The notes beneath the pieces were generated by a model. It did not search any database. It saw only the letters and a list, made by a program, of their open reading frames with translations, and was not told the DNA's origin. A program made the translations under genes and the position numbers. 64,000 nucleotides of DNA from Callorhinchus milii. Lineage: Eukaryota. Each line of letters opens with the position of its first letter. The stretch's first letter is position 1. The DNA is taken from the NCBI RefSeq assembly GCF_018977255.1, contig NW_024704743.1, positions 58,158,001-58,222,000 on the forward strand, read 5' to 3'. This document shows positions 27,250 to 40,996 of the stretch, one piece after another.

Positions 27250-27322
27250 TTAACGCGTAGCAATTTGCAATGTTCAACCCTTGCTAACATAGGGGTGAAA
27301 ATTGCAAATTATGATGTGTTAA
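27250..27322. repeat. 32-bp inverted repeat, probable back-to-back MITE termini
   Basis: 27250-27281 versus 27291-27322 match 25/32; AGGGGTGAAAATT motif recurs at ~49035. Confidence 0.6.
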
Positions 27323-28226
27323 ACACCACTAAAAAATTCAGCAGGTCCATATCTTAATTTATTACTAATAGTCTTTACATCTAATATAGTGCTTTTCACG
27401 TTCCAAAGCACTTCCCAGAGTATACTTTTAAAGTGCAGTGACTGTGTGTTTTGAGGGCGATTGAAGGAGTCAATTTGCACCCAGCAGTGTCCCACAAACA
27501 GCCTTGAAGTGAATGACCAAATGACTGATCATTTGCTCATTCACTTGGTTACTGACTGGTCCATGGGTGCGTTGACTCCTTCCCCTAACTCTGTCACAAA
27601 GCTGCTTACACCTCCCACCGGACTGCTGGTGGCCTTAGAATACTGAATAGTGGGATACTAGCCTTAGTCATTTTTTGTCGAGTTGATAAAAGTTCTATAT
27701 TAAATGAAATGCCAGGTGTGCACTAAAGGGCTGTTGGCACTCAGAAATGATTCAGTCAGTCCTGGAATCCACTGTCACTTGAGGTTAGTCTACATGATGA
27801 AACGTCCTGTTGCGGATGATTTACCAGTCAGATGGAGAGAGGATGAATCAGGCCCACTGTGTCTGTGTCTTTAAAGAGCAATCCTTTCCTTCCCATTTAC
27901 CTTCCCTTTTCACACACCTTTGCAGTTTATTGAAGCAATTTTTCCCATCTAGCATAGCTCCACAGAAACCATCAGATCACATTCCCACATTCTGGCTCTT
28001 CCCCACTAAGAGTTTAATCGGCTTTTAATTAGTCTGGTAGTTTGCATTACAGCCACTCTGAGTAACAGTACAGAACTAACAGTGAATGTTATAACCAGTT
28101 ATAAATCCATTTGACCTCTGCTGCAGGTGGAAACAGTTGGGATCCTGTGGTGAAATGTTTGCTAAGCATCTGAACAAATCAACATATGTTGATGTATTTT
28201 GATAATACATTTTATTTTACACACAG

Positions 28227-28370
28227 AAGTCTATAATCTTGAAAGATGAAGTTTTCAAATGTGCTGACGAAGCCCTATTAAAAACCTGGAAAGAGGAAGC
28301 AAATGGAGAAAAAGCAGCATTAGAAGCTTCAGTGACAAATGAAGCAAAGTGTACCACTCCTGAGTCCTGA
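28227..28370 (+). CDS. Possible terminal coding exon of an unidentified gene
   Basis: ttttattttacacacag acceptor, 47 codons KSIILKDEVFKCADEALLKTWKEEANGEKAALEASVTNEAKCTTPES then stop, AATAAA at ~28551; no recognised homology. Confidence 0.2.
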   Translation, partial: KSIILKDEVFKCADEALLKTWKEEANGEKAALEASVTNEAKCTTPES

Positions 28371-29769
28371 AGCAGACTATTCCATTGCTTCCAATTTGCT
28401 TTCTATAGCCCACTGCTCACAAGTCATTTGTCTGATTTATACCAACTATTTCAGGTTGCTGAATATAGTCCATATTTTTGTACAGTCATAAAATCAACAG
28501 GGTCCTTTGGGACAGCATTGCTCATATCAGAGAAAATATGAATCTAGATAAATAAACCTGACATGACAGGAAAAGTGCAAACCTGTCAAGTCAATTAATG
28601 TTCGACAACTCCTCACAAAATACAGTCTAACATCCTACAGCGTAACCAGTCATAAATTGGTAATTATAATTTATTTACAGATGCAAATAGTGATCTGCAG
28701 GAAGCTGGCAAACCTCACCATTATAGTTTTTGCAAGGCAACAACTAATGGATTAATTTAATGGATTAATTAAAATGTTATTCTTTCGCCTTCCTTCTTCC
28801 CTTGCTTAATCCTTCCTGTTTACACAAAATCAAGGCACAAGGAAAGAGATTCTCTATCACAAGCTTTTCAGTTTCCATGCTGTGCTCAATGGCAGAATGA
28901 TAGCAAAGTGAGAATCTCAAATGCCTCACTGACACTTATAGGAGTAACAGAAAGAAGAAATAGAGGAAAGAAGGGGATTAGAAAGGAAACAATTTAAAGC
29001 CCTTTGATACAGCTTTGATTTATTGGTTTGGAATTGATTACCAAGCTCAACTATAAATATGTACAAGCTGGCTGTCATGTTGATCACTGAGACACGTAGT
29101 ATCTTATATAATGTTACAGGAACATAAAAAGAAGAATTTGTGACAGAGAGACTATTCATTTGTAAATGATATTTGAGATATACTGAACAATTTTTGATAT
29201 AAAAAAATGTGGATATTTTACTTTCTGTTTTCTAACTGCACTAATCAGGAATTTCAGTTCCAAGGTTGAAATGACTTCATAAACTATTGCTACAGCACTG
29301 AAGGCAAATGCCGAATATTATGATGACTGCTTGACATCGGTCCATATAATGCTTCACCTTAATGTGCTTTGACATTTCTGCCTGTGATAGAAACTTTTCA
29401 AAAATTTGTGGCATGTAACTAATAGATAATGTAGCAACAATGAACAAAAAGGTTTGCATTAGCTGAGAAGCTATCAGTTGTATTATCTATTAGCTTGTAT
29501 GTAGAACATAAGGTTGAGGAATTTAGAGTTTGTAATCCGTATTCTTTGTAGATATAAGGAATAAAGAAAAGCATGTTCTATAAGTTATTATCTCTTGGTA
29601 CCTTGGTAAAATTGGGGGTTTGCTTAATGACTGTCCGTGGGACATTACTGTGCATAAATTAGCTGCCACATTCACCAACAAAATTCACAGTAAATCCTGT
29701 GAAGCATTTTCAGACTTCCTCCTGATGTAAAAGGCTCTACGTTGAATGTGGAGATTATTATTATTATAC

Positions 29770-30030
29770 CACTCGCAGGTGAGCTTTGACAGTGAGTGTT
29801 TGGATGGTATGTGGGGGAGGTTTACAGCTGAATCCAATTCTATCTCACACAATTTGGATATATATTCACCTATAAGTAGGGTTCGCTGAAAAGTGATAAC
29901 AGCAGGAACCCAGACCACTCTACATTTAAGGCCATTGGAGTCAATTATAGGGCACCATCTGCTTCCCCGGCTGAGACCAGCTATCTGAGCATACACCAGG
30001 ATTCAAATCAGTGCCTTTCTCGTCTACACG
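29770..30030 (-). mobile_element. Old tRNA-type SINE of a separate family
   Basis: Minus strand tttgaatcctggtgtatgctcagatagctggtctcagccgggg...gggttcctgct...acactcactgtc resembles a shark SINE recalled from memory. Confidence 0.45.
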
Positions 30031-30904
30031 GCCAAATGTTTAATGGCTGATATTTTTATCCACGAGGGCTTTGGGAAAGCTATAAGATCATGTACAACAC
30101 ATGTTTAACCCGAATATTAATGAAGTAGTGTCTGAATGTTTATGTTAAAAAAAGTTTTTATTAATGAAAAATATACAGCAACTATTAACAGCCAGCCACA
30201 ATGAGAATTCATGCTTCTGAAGCAGCCAATAAGCCAAATGAACAGTATAAATAGTGAAACATTCATGAAAGAGCTGTGGAGTGTGGAGCTTGTAGCCAAC
30301 GTGCCTGAAAGGGACAGTTGGAGAAGCTAATTTTTTGGACAAAGCTCTGAAGATCTTGATGGACGTTGTAATGGAGCAAGCAAATACCATGTCATTTTTA
30401 GTGAGGAACATCTGCTCACCAACAAACAAACATACACCAAATGTGCAACTCATAACAGTTGCCGACAACAACCCAATATGGCACATGAGCTCAAAGACCG
30501 TTCACCCTTGCTGGCCTGTCACTGGTGAGTGGGAGTTTGCTGCATTGTCAAATCAGATTTTTAGTTCATGTTTTTTTTAAATAACCTTTTATGATTTAAC
30601 AGTGATAATTGAACTTTTTAGCAGTAAATGGAATTGGTGATTTATAGATGCATAGACTTTTTTGTGCAGAAGAGGCCATTCAAGGTCTTCTTGTCTGAGC
30701 CACTGCTAAGTGCTTTGAGAAGTCTAGAAGATGTGGTAAGCACTATATCAAACGCAAGGATTATTATTATTAATATTTATATAGGTAATAGTCTCAATTA
30801 TTATGTCCCATCAGTGGGTGAAGATTAAATATTGAAGCTCCGGTTTCCACTGAGATTTAAGGAGTGGTGGCTTAATCTTCCCAAACAGTGTTGAGCACTT
30901 TATT

Positions 30905-31185
30905 TTTTCTTAGATTTTTTTTGGTCAGCCAGGTGTCTGTCACATGCAGAAATCCATCACCATGCTTAAGAGTATCCACATCAAGCTGAGATTTCCATGT
31001 ATCCCACCTACAAATGGAAATCCCAGAGACAGATTGTTGGAATGGAATGTGCACTCTCTCCCTGGAGGGTCACATCCTGTTTACCTATTTCCGGAAAGTA
31101 TCAGGCGAAGGTTGGCATGAGCCAAGGCTTTGGGGACCCCAGAGTTTGCATTGAGGTACAACTGGAGAGCTCTTTGCAGCTTTAA
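30905..31185 (-). repeat. Unclassified repeat X, 3' half
   Basis: Reverse complement colinear with 56390-56660. Confidence 0.85.
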
Positions 31186-31254
31186 CAATCAGGGCTGTAG
31201 ATGCAATGAAAGATTGATTCGATTTGTCTTGATTTTATCTTGATTTTGAAATTA

Positions 31255-31405
31255 CAACAACAACAAAATGACATTTGCATAGTTGGGAGGATGTCCCAAG
31301 CCGCTGGACAATCAAGGTTTTGGACCCGAGCTGAGGGTCGGGATCGGGGAGGGTGCAGGGCAGGGAGAGAAGGAGGGTGACCGAAGGCACGGTCGAAGAG
31401 GAGAA
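31255..31405 (-). mobile_element. L2 3' end fragment
   Basis: (caa)n, ggaggatgtcccaag, gaaggcacggtcgaagagg. Confidence 0.8.
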
Positions 31406-33334
31406 TTTAAGAATTTAACTGTGTTCCCACAATTGCAGTTCCTGACCAATGTAATAATAATAATAATAATCTTTGCATTTGATGTAACGCTTTATCATGT
31501 CTTCGAGATGTCTCCAAGTACAAATAATATATTATTAGCTGTTGTATTGTACCTGCGTACATGTACATTACCTATAATTGTAGACTTATGTGTCCGATAT
31601 GTTTCTTTTTACCAAACCCCCGAACTAAACCTCAAATCATCTGTTATTCAATGAACTCAAAGATGTCAATTCAAAAAGAACAGGCATATTGTCTACATGA
31701 ATGATTCTTATTTCCTATGACAAATAAAATAGAATCCTCACACACCAATCCATTTTTTTCTTATCTCTTGAGTTCATTTTTGCATTACTAACTCATTGTT
31801 TCTAAGTTGTCAACGACAAAACAGTCAAAACACTTTATAGTAAATCCCTGTGAAACGCTATATCAAATGCAACAATTATTATTAATATTATTTCTTTAGT
31901 TTTGTAATTTTTTCAGCAACTATGTATCTGCCTTCCATTAAAAAATGTTGGTTTATATTTTGCAAATGTTGCTTTTAATTAATGAGAAATATCCTAATCC
32001 AGCACATCACGGTAGATCTAACTGGCAACTTGGGGATTCTGTGCAAATGGCCATTTAGATTTTTAGCTGCATAAAATATGATTTCACGCTTGGCCTGGTT
32101 TGTGCATCTTCTCACTGGCTGAAAAATGCTCCATACAAAATATAGACAGCTGGCAGAACAGTGGGAAGCTGGGAGTATTTCGCTAGATGTTCAGGCATCA
32201 CACAACAGGGTGGTAGGTAGGGAGCTGTATAGGGTGGGAAGTAGATATGATATGGTGGGAGGCAATGGGGATAGGTCGGGTGCGAGGTTGGGGTTAGACA
32301 GGGTGGGAAGTGGGGAGAATTAGATAGGAGGAAGCTGTAAGTGCTGTCAGATACAGGTTTTTAGATGTTTTTTGAAATCAGAGAGTGAGAAAGGCAACCA
32401 AACAAAGAGATTTAGAGAGAGAGATTTATCTCAATTTCTCCTCTTCAATGTGAACAATAGTGGTGTCCTACCCCATGAGGCTTTGCTGTTCATGCAGGTT
32501 CTCAATATAAATCCAAACCCAGCTCTGAGGTAAGCACACCTGCTGTTAATAATATAACAAGAGATTCTGAAGTTGACAGTAAAGATTGGTTAAATTCCCA
32601 CAGATCTCTAGCCACAGGAGTTTGCAGGAATGTAAAGAGGTGTGAACAGAGGCAGAAAAAAAATACAATTTAGCTTTGATAGCAGGTAATAACATTGGAT
32701 AAGGCATAGCACAAAACATTGTTATTTTTTCTGAACTTGCATTTGCCCTTCAAATATGTCACAAAATACTTTCAGATATAATAACAACTTGCACATATAT
32801 AGCAAGTTCCACATATAATGAATATTTAAAAGCTCTTCAGATCAATAAATGGGAGGGGGATTAAGAGGGGAGGGAAGGTGATTAAGGGTGTTAACCCAAA
32901 GAATGGTCAGAGAGATAATTTGTAATAGTGTTTCAATATTATGTTTGTGAAGATCAAACTCTCACAATGTATCACAATAATTTTTTTGTCATGGGAGAAT
33001 AAGAAGCTGTGCTCCATGACTAGAAAATAAATGATATCGATTGTCATAAATTACTTGGACATTCCATTAGGCAGCAGCTTCTCACATTCTTGCAGATAAT
33101 AATAATAATAATCCTTGCATTTGATATACCACCTTATCACGTCTTTGAGCCAACTCAAAGCACTTCACAGAATATACTGTAAAGTGAATTGACTGTATAC
33201 ATTATGGGTGTCATTGCAAGGTTAGTTGATGAAGAGATCTAAGAAAAGGCACCCTAGGAGAACCAAATGCTGCTTTACTTAAGTTGTAGGCAGTTCACAT
33301 TAAGTGCAAAGCTTCTGTCAAAGCTGGAATGGTA

Positions 33335-33580
33335 TCTTAGTGGTTAGCGTGCTCGCCCCACAAATGAAAGGACTGGGTTTGATTTTTGGGTAGGGCAAAC
33401 TTTAGGTAAGTTTCCTTACTCCACACAACCTCTGTTTACCCAGCAGTAAGTGGGAAATTGGTTGTTAGTCAATTCGCAGATCGCTTCCCAGGGGTAATAA
33501 TCCCCCAGAAATAAAATGTGGTTACTCAACCACGACTGTTTGTAGGACATTGCAGTGGCCAAATGCAATTATTATTATTT
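33335..33580 (+). mobile_element. SINE long form, decayed and partial
   Basis: tagtggttagcgtgctcgcc...gtttccttactccacac...cagtaagtggg. Confidence 0.8.
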
Positions 33581-34574
33581 CAAAGTGTGACTTTTCAGAT
33601 AGGGAGAAAAATTCCCGCCATACATTTGGACTGATCGTATTTGAATTTGTGTGGTAAAATAGCATGACCTTATGGGGCAAAATAAAAAATTCCTCATGAA
33701 ATTCCATAGGTTTTTTTTCCCCATGCTATGATGTTCCCCTTAGTAGTGTGAATACGTTAATTGTTGCAAAATAAACATGTGAACTGTGAGCCTAGGATAC
33801 TTTGCACTGTGTATTCTGCTATGTTATAATACAATACAACACAGAATCACATGTGTGTTAGATTACAGTAAGACCACTGCAGAATTATATCTGTCAGGAA
33901 GGGTGAAAGCATTCCACTGGCTGTCATAGAATTGACTTTTTGGAAAGCACCTGCAATGGCAAACATGTTCCTTTAAGTAAAACATTCTTTCATTTCAGCT
34001 GTTTCAGTTCAGTTCAGACCATAAATTTCAGTCTTAGACAAAAGGCAGTTCTGTGTGCTGTGTTATCAGAGCTGCTGTTCTTTGGATCCTTTGGATGTGA
34101 CGTTAAACAGAAGCCTTGTCTGCCTCGATGATAGAGATCACAGCCCTTCAAAATGCCTGAAGCTCCCCAACTTTCACAAATCTTCGGTGAGAAATTCCTT
34201 CTGATTCTAGATTCACTCTAATTGTGTAACATTTCAGAGGGTCCAGAATTTAGCAAAATCTTAAAACTAGCAGTCTTAGTTTTCATGTTGGTTTTCTGTA
34301 AGTTTGTTTAAGAACAACAAATTCTGTGCTTTCTGAACTCACATGGAATTTCCCAGACTTATGTGTCAATGTGATGATATTATTGTTAGACACATTACAA
34401 GCATTATTAGTAGCGGTGTAGTCATATTATTGTTAGACACATCAGAAGTGCATCTCATGAGCAGGTGCAGAATTTCCTTCAAGTTGTGTGGACACACTTG
34501 GTGGCTAGTAGCTATGTCATGATCCCTGTAGTTGCTTTGTAACCTGCCATGTGTTAGACTTGTGCAAACACTTT

Positions 34575-36862
34575 GAATGTCCCTCAGCATCTCTTTGGCC
34601 TTGACATTTCTGACCTTAGCATAGTGAACAAGGCCATCTCGGACCACTTCCTCATCTCCTTCTCCTCTCACATCCCTCTCTCCTTCACCTCAACCATCCT
34701 CTACCGCTCTCGGAAAAGGAAAAGACCCTCACAAAAGCCCTCACATCATCAAACATCCTATCCCTCTGGCCTTCCACCCGCGGAGATCCTGAAGCAGCCA
34801 TCCAGCTGCTCCGTGATCGCCTCTCCTCCACCTTCAACTCCCTCGTCCCCCTAAAATCTAGGACCATCTCCAAACCCACCCGATCCCCCTGGTACAACAA
34901 CCATCTCCGCCGCCTAAAAACCCAAACTCGGTTGCTCGAGCGCAGATGGCGGGAAACTGGCCTACAGTCCACCGCCAACTGTGGTTCGAGCATCTCCACA
35001 GCTACCGCCGTTCTTTGACACACGCAAAAACGGCCTTCTACTCCAACATCATCTTGGAGGCTAAACACAACCTTAAAATTCTTTTTTCCAACCACCCACT
35101 ACCTCTTCTGTGCCCCCCCGCAGGCCTCCTCAATCTTCACATCAAATGCCAAATCCGAGGAGTTCATGGACTTCTTTTCATCTAAAATTCACAACATCCA
35201 CCAGGCAGCCTCATCCACCTACCCCTTGTCACCCACCACCACGCCCTCTCTGTCCGCCTCACCCTCCCCATCATCTGCTCCTACCACCATCCCCATCCTA
35301 CATTCCTTCCTCCCCATCTCTCCCTCCTCCCTCTCACCCACCATCACCTCCATGAAACCCACCACCTGCTGCCTCGACCCCTCCCCACCAACTTGCTGAT
35401 TACCCAGCTCCCCCTCCTCCGCCCACTACTGGCTGATGTCATCAAACCCCAGCCATTACCACCCTATTCCTAACCTGCCCTTCCTCGCAAAAGTCTTAGA
35501 ATGCATTGTTGCCAATCAACTTCGCGCACACTTCTCCTCCCACTCCCTCTTCGAACCCCTCCAGACCGGTTTCCGCCCACAGTACAGAGACTGCGCTTGT
35601 GAAAGTCACGAACGACATTCTCTCTATCTGTGATCAGGGCTCCCTCTGCCTCCTTGTCCTCCGCCGTGTTCAACACAGTCGATCACACCATCCTCCTCCA
35701 CCGCGTTTCCTCCGTCATCCACCTCAGTGGGACCGCACTCGCCTGGTTCGAGTCCTACCTCACAAACTGCCAGCAGTACATCTGCACAAACAGCTTCTCC
35801 TCCCGCTCTCACTCGGTCACCTGCAGGGTACCCCAAGGATCCATCCTTGGCCCCCTCCTCTTTCTGATCTACATGCTCCCTCTTGGGGATGTCATCCTCA
35901 GACATGGGGTACATTTCCACATGTATGCGGACGACACCCAACTCTATTTTTCCACCTCTCTTTGCGACCCCCAGTTCCCTGATGTTCTGTCAGTCTGCCT
36001 GTCAGACCTCAGGGGCTGGAAGAGCGCAAAATTCCTTCAGCTGAACGTTGACAAGACGGAAGCCATTCTCTTTGGCTCTTGTCAACGTCTAAAATCTCAC
36101 AGCTCTCACCTCCTCCACCTACCCGACCTCCGCCTAAAACTCTCCGAACCCATACGCAACCTAGGCATCAGGTTCGACCCACAATTACCCTTCCTCCCCA
36201 CATCCGGTCCCTCACCAGCACCGCTTTCTTCCACCTCCGACGCATCGCCCGTCTCCACCAATACCTCACTCCAAAAGCCGCTGAAACCCTGGTCCATGCC
36301 TTTGTCACCTCTGGACTATTTAAACGCCCTCCTCGCTGGCCTCCCCTCCACTACCATCCATAAAATCCAGATTATTCAAAACTCTGCTGCCCGCATTCTC
36401 ACCCGCACCAAACTCCGCTCCCCGATTACCCCAGTCCTTGTCAGACTGCACTGGCTGCCCGTCCCAGAGAGGATCGATTTCAAGATCCTCACCCTTGTCT
36501 TCAAATCCCTCCACTCCTCTGCACCCCCCTACCTCTCTGACCTCCTCTCTCCTCGAAACAGTGCCCGCTGCCTTCGTTCCTCCGGGTCTGGCCTCCTTGT
36601 CCCCGAGTCCTCCGCTCCACCCTCGGCGGCCGTGCCTTCAGCCACTATGCCCCGAGGCTCTGGAACTGCCTTCCTCACTCCTTTCGCTTCACTCCCTCTC
36701 TTCCTATTTTCAGGTCTCTGCTGAAGACCTTTCTTTTCGACCACATCTTTGGTCACCTTCCTTCCCCTCCCCCTGGCTCGGCCCCGGGATCCGTTACTGT
36801 AAAATGCTCTGAGATACCGTCTGGTGTGGAGGGCGCTATATAAATCCAAGTTGTTGTTGTTG
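34575..36862 (+). mobile_element. L2 LINE family B, 5'-truncated and frameshifted; includes end of endonuclease domain
   Basis: AISDHFLISF (APE SDH motif), [34 protein letters not shown]; distinct tail ggagggcgctatataaatccaagttgttg. Confidence 0.95.
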
Positions 36863-38689
36863 GGTGATCAACATTCTGTTTCTGCAGATGTCAAGGTTCC
36901 CTCAAATTCCCACTTCACCTTGATTGATCCAGTCTGTCAGTGAGGCTCACGGCACTTGGAAATGTTGCCTCTCTTTAAATACTCCTTCGGCATCACCTAG
37001 GGCTCGGAGAAATGACATGTTCCCCTGTTACCAAGGGCAGATGGCAGCTTTCAACAATTAGACTCAAAATGGGCAGCCTTCCATTGAATTGGCAGGGGAG
37101 CAGCTGACTGCTGGTGAAGACGTTACAGAACTGCACCCAATCTACAGGAAATGCATAGGAATTATTCCAGTGCTACTCCCTAAACTGGACAACACACAAC
37201 TTAAGTATGTTCAGTTAGGATTGCTAATGAAATACTTCATTCACGAAGATCTCTTTTAAAATTAGGATGAGTTTATTTATGAGTCATTTGGTGACTGTAA
37301 TAAACATGAGTTTCTAAAAAGCATTCTAAGAGCTTAATTGCTTCTGCAGCCACTGGCAAAACACTGTGACATAGATGCAGTGTAACAGAGTAAGGATATT
37401 ATCTAGATGCATAGAAGGGAGGGAGCGATAAAATACCTTAAAGCCCATCATGTTCACTCCTGGAAGAAAATATTCACTTACACCTCTCTCCTGGTACTAG
37501 GCATTCAGTCCCCTCCTAGAGGAGGTGAAAAATTAACAATCCCCTCATACAAAAAATACAAAAATACATGGCAATTTTCAAGGAAAATACATTTCCTGGA
37601 AAATTCCTCCATGACTTTTAAATGAGTTCCAGGATAGGACCGAACCACCGCCAACAGAAGAACATTGCTGTATCTCCCCTTCAAGTCAAGTTGTTGTTAC
37701 CCTGTTGCATTGCAGTGGTCCTCAATTGTAGATTAGGTTCCCAATCTGTAGCTGCTGATCCTCTCTTCCTTAAAAAATCTTTCGAGAAAGATTTTCCCCT
37801 GTGTATTACACAAGAGTGATACTGATGGAGCCGAGACCATCCTGTGACTTCACTTTCTTTCCCACCTCATTGCAAACATTGGAAATTAGACTCCACCGAT
37901 GATTGCTCTTACTTATAAAACCACATGATTTATGATTCTATGACATAGAGCTAGGAGAGCAGCAGTTGTAAAGTTCAAAGGCTGGTTTTGAAGGATGGCA
38001 CTAAACACAACATTTTAAAATCCTTTCATATTCCCACTCACAATTTAATAGCACAGTGCTACTCTTAGACATAGTCTATTTAATGGTTCCCCCGATTTCT
38101 GAATTGACAGCCCAAGTATTGATAATGGGGCGGACACAACATATTGAGGACAAACACACCCAAGATATACTGAATGGCAATGTGAAATGATAAATTGTTC
38201 ACTTCTAGCAGCTTTGTACTCAGAATGTTTTCATAATCTCTTATATTAATAGATGATTGACTGAGGTGCAGTTGTGGGACAGTGGCCAGATCATGATTAG
38301 GAGGACCAGGCAGCAATTCTTAATTTTTCATTGCTCATGTGAGAGCTTTCTTTTCCTATTAAATACAACATGAATGTGCGTATAAATGTCATCCTGCTTG
38401 TGCATTCACTATTGGTTTCATCAGGTAAATTAGTTTTCCCAGCATGATCTGCAAAATATAGTTTTCGTGACCACTTGTGCTCATATTATTTGTGAATGGC
38501 AGATGTATGCCCAGGCACTTTATAATAATTAAAATATTTTAAGAGCAAAATTGAGATCACGATTTTGTGACTTGCCTCTGATCCTGTATTAAGCCTCCAC
38601 TAATCGCGTCCAAACTGAGAAATGTCAAGATAAAATATTTTAAAAATGTTTTATTAAGGGAGCAGTTGCAAAGGAATGTCAATAAAAAA

Positions 38690-39103
38690 TAATCTGTGCA
38701 TTTTATATAGCACTATATAACATTGTCGAGATATCTCAGAGCGCTTCTCAGAATTTTGCTGTGGAGCACAGTGACTATTGTGTGACCAATGCAGCAGCCA
38801 ATTTGCACGCAGCAATGCCACAAAAACCGCCGTGAAGTGAATGATCAACTTTATTTGGGGGATTATTGGCTAGGATACTGGAGAAACTCCCTTCTCTTTC
38901 TGAACTGTGTCATAGGATCGTTAAACTTCAAGCAGACAGAATCTCAGTTTAACATCTCATCGAAAGGACAGTTTCTCTGCCAATGCAGTGCTCCCCCAGC
39001 ACTATATTGAAGTGCCAACCTCGACTATTCAACATCCTGGCGTGGCTTTGAACCCTCAACTGTTTAACTCAGAAGCGAGAGTGTTACCAACTGAGCCAGG
39101 CTG
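38690..39103 (-). mobile_element. Old full-length DeuSINE (SacSINE1/AmnSINE-like)
   Basis: Head TGGCTCAGTTGG and GGGTTCAAAGCC, Deu core ttgctgcgtgcaaattggctgctgc, L2-like tail. Confidence 0.8.
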
Positions 39104-39291
39104 AATAATGAAGTTTGATGCCAGGCAATAGGTTACCTTTGGCAACCAGTGACCTGATTGAATGGCACATCTTTCAATCAATTACAATCTTCTGTAGTCC
39201 AGCAGAACCAATATTGTTTCATTGAAGTCCATTTGAATTCTAAAAGCTAACCTGTGTGTAAGGTGTCAGCAGAGGGATCAATGACATTGTT

Positions 39292-39700
39292 TAGAATTCA
39301 AGATCCTTGTCCTCACTTTCAAGGCCCTCCATGGCCTTTCCCCCTCCTACCTCTCTGACCTGCTGCCCTCCTATCAACTTGTCTGCTCCCTCCACTCAGC
39401 AGGCTCTGACCTGCTCCATGTCTCCCGCGGCGGCCGGGCTTTCAGCTTCTCTGCCCCCACTCTTTGAAACTCCATCCCACAATGCCTTTGTTTTGCTCTC
39501 TGTCTTGCCTCCTTCAAGGCATGACTCAAGACCCTCCTATTCAACCATGCCTTCAGCTGCCCTCCTACCTCTCTGCCCTCCCTCACCCCAACCCTGCCCC
39601 CCCACACTCGGGTCCTGATCCCCAACTATTCAGCGCCTTGGGACGTCTTCCTGACGTAAAAGGCGCTTTACAAATATAATGCTGTTGTAGTAGTTGTTGT
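39292..39700 (+). mobile_element. L2 family A 3' fragment
   Basis: gaattcaagatccttgtcctcac... to hairpin and gttgtagtagttgttg tail. Confidence 0.9.
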
Positions 39701-39703
39701 TTT

Positions 39704-40996
39704 TGACCATGTGCGACCAAGGCTCCCTCTGTTTCCTCGTACTCCTCGACCTTGCCGCTGCCTTTGACACCATGGATCACTCAATCCTCCTCCACCGCCT
39801 CTCCTCCCACCTCAACCTTCAAAGTTTTGTCCTTGACTGGTTCAGGTCCTACATTTCACACTGCCTCCACTTCGTTGCGGCAAACAGCTTCTCCTTCAGC
39901 CCCCGCACCGTCTCATGCGGTGTTCCTCAGGGCTCTGTCCTCGGTCCCCTCCATTTTACTCACAACATGCTCCCCTTTGATGATATCATCCGCAGACATG
40001 GGGTAAATTTCCACATATATGTGGATGACACCCAACTCCATCTCTCTGCCTCCACCCTTAACTCCAGGACTACTGGCATCCTGACTGACTGGCTGTCCAA
40101 CATCAAGTCCTGGATGAGGGACGACTTTCTCCAACTCAACGTCAGCAAGACCGAGACCCTCCTGATTGGCTCACGCCAGCACCGCCGCACCTCAGGCGCT
40201 GGCAACATCAGCCTCCACAGCTGCACACTCAACCTCACTAAGCCAGTCAGCAACCTGGGTATCTTGTTTGACCCTGAACTGTGCGTTCTCCCCCACATCC
40301 ACGCCATGACCGGCACTGCCTACCACCACTTCTGCAACACTGCCAGACTCCGCCACTGCCTCACCCCTCAGGCTACCGAAACCCTCACCCACGCATTCAT
40401 CACATCAAGGCTTGATTATGGAAACTCCTTCCTCATCAGCCTTCCCAACTTTTCCCATCACAAGTTGCAGATCATCCAAAACTGCACAGCTCGTGTACTC
40501 TCACGCACCAGGCTCTGTGACCCCATCACTCCCACCCTCACCTGACTCCACTGGCTCCCCATCCCTCAGAGGATTGAGTTCAAGATCCTCATCCTCACTT
40601 TCAAGGCCATCCGTGGCCTTGCCCCCTCCTACCTCTCTGACCTGCTGACTCCCTACCAACCTGCCCGTTCCATCCGTTCAGCGGGCTCCGGCCTACTCTA
40701 TGTCTCCCGCCTGACCTGCCCTACCATTTCAGCCTCTCTGCCCCAACACTCTGGAACTCCATCCCACAGTCCCTTCACCTCACTTCCTCCCTTGCCTCCT
40801 TCAAGGCTGGTCTCAAGACCCTTCTCTTCGATCGTGCCTTTGGTTGCCCTCCCACTTCTCTGCCTTCCCTTACCCCTACACCAATCCTCCCCCATGCTCG
40901 GGCCCTGACACCTGACTGTTCAGCGCTTTGGGACATCCTCCCGACATGAAAGACGCTCTATAAATGTAATTTTGTTGGTGTTTTTGTTGTTGTTGA
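39704..40996 (+). mobile_element. 5'-truncated L2 family A
   Basis: ORF with [30 protein letters not shown]; in-frame TGA at ~40543; tail. Confidence 0.95.

Noticed and set aside
30145..30580. Overlapping 81-113 aa ORFs with a gtgagt donor
   Set aside because: No good acceptor and no recognisable product
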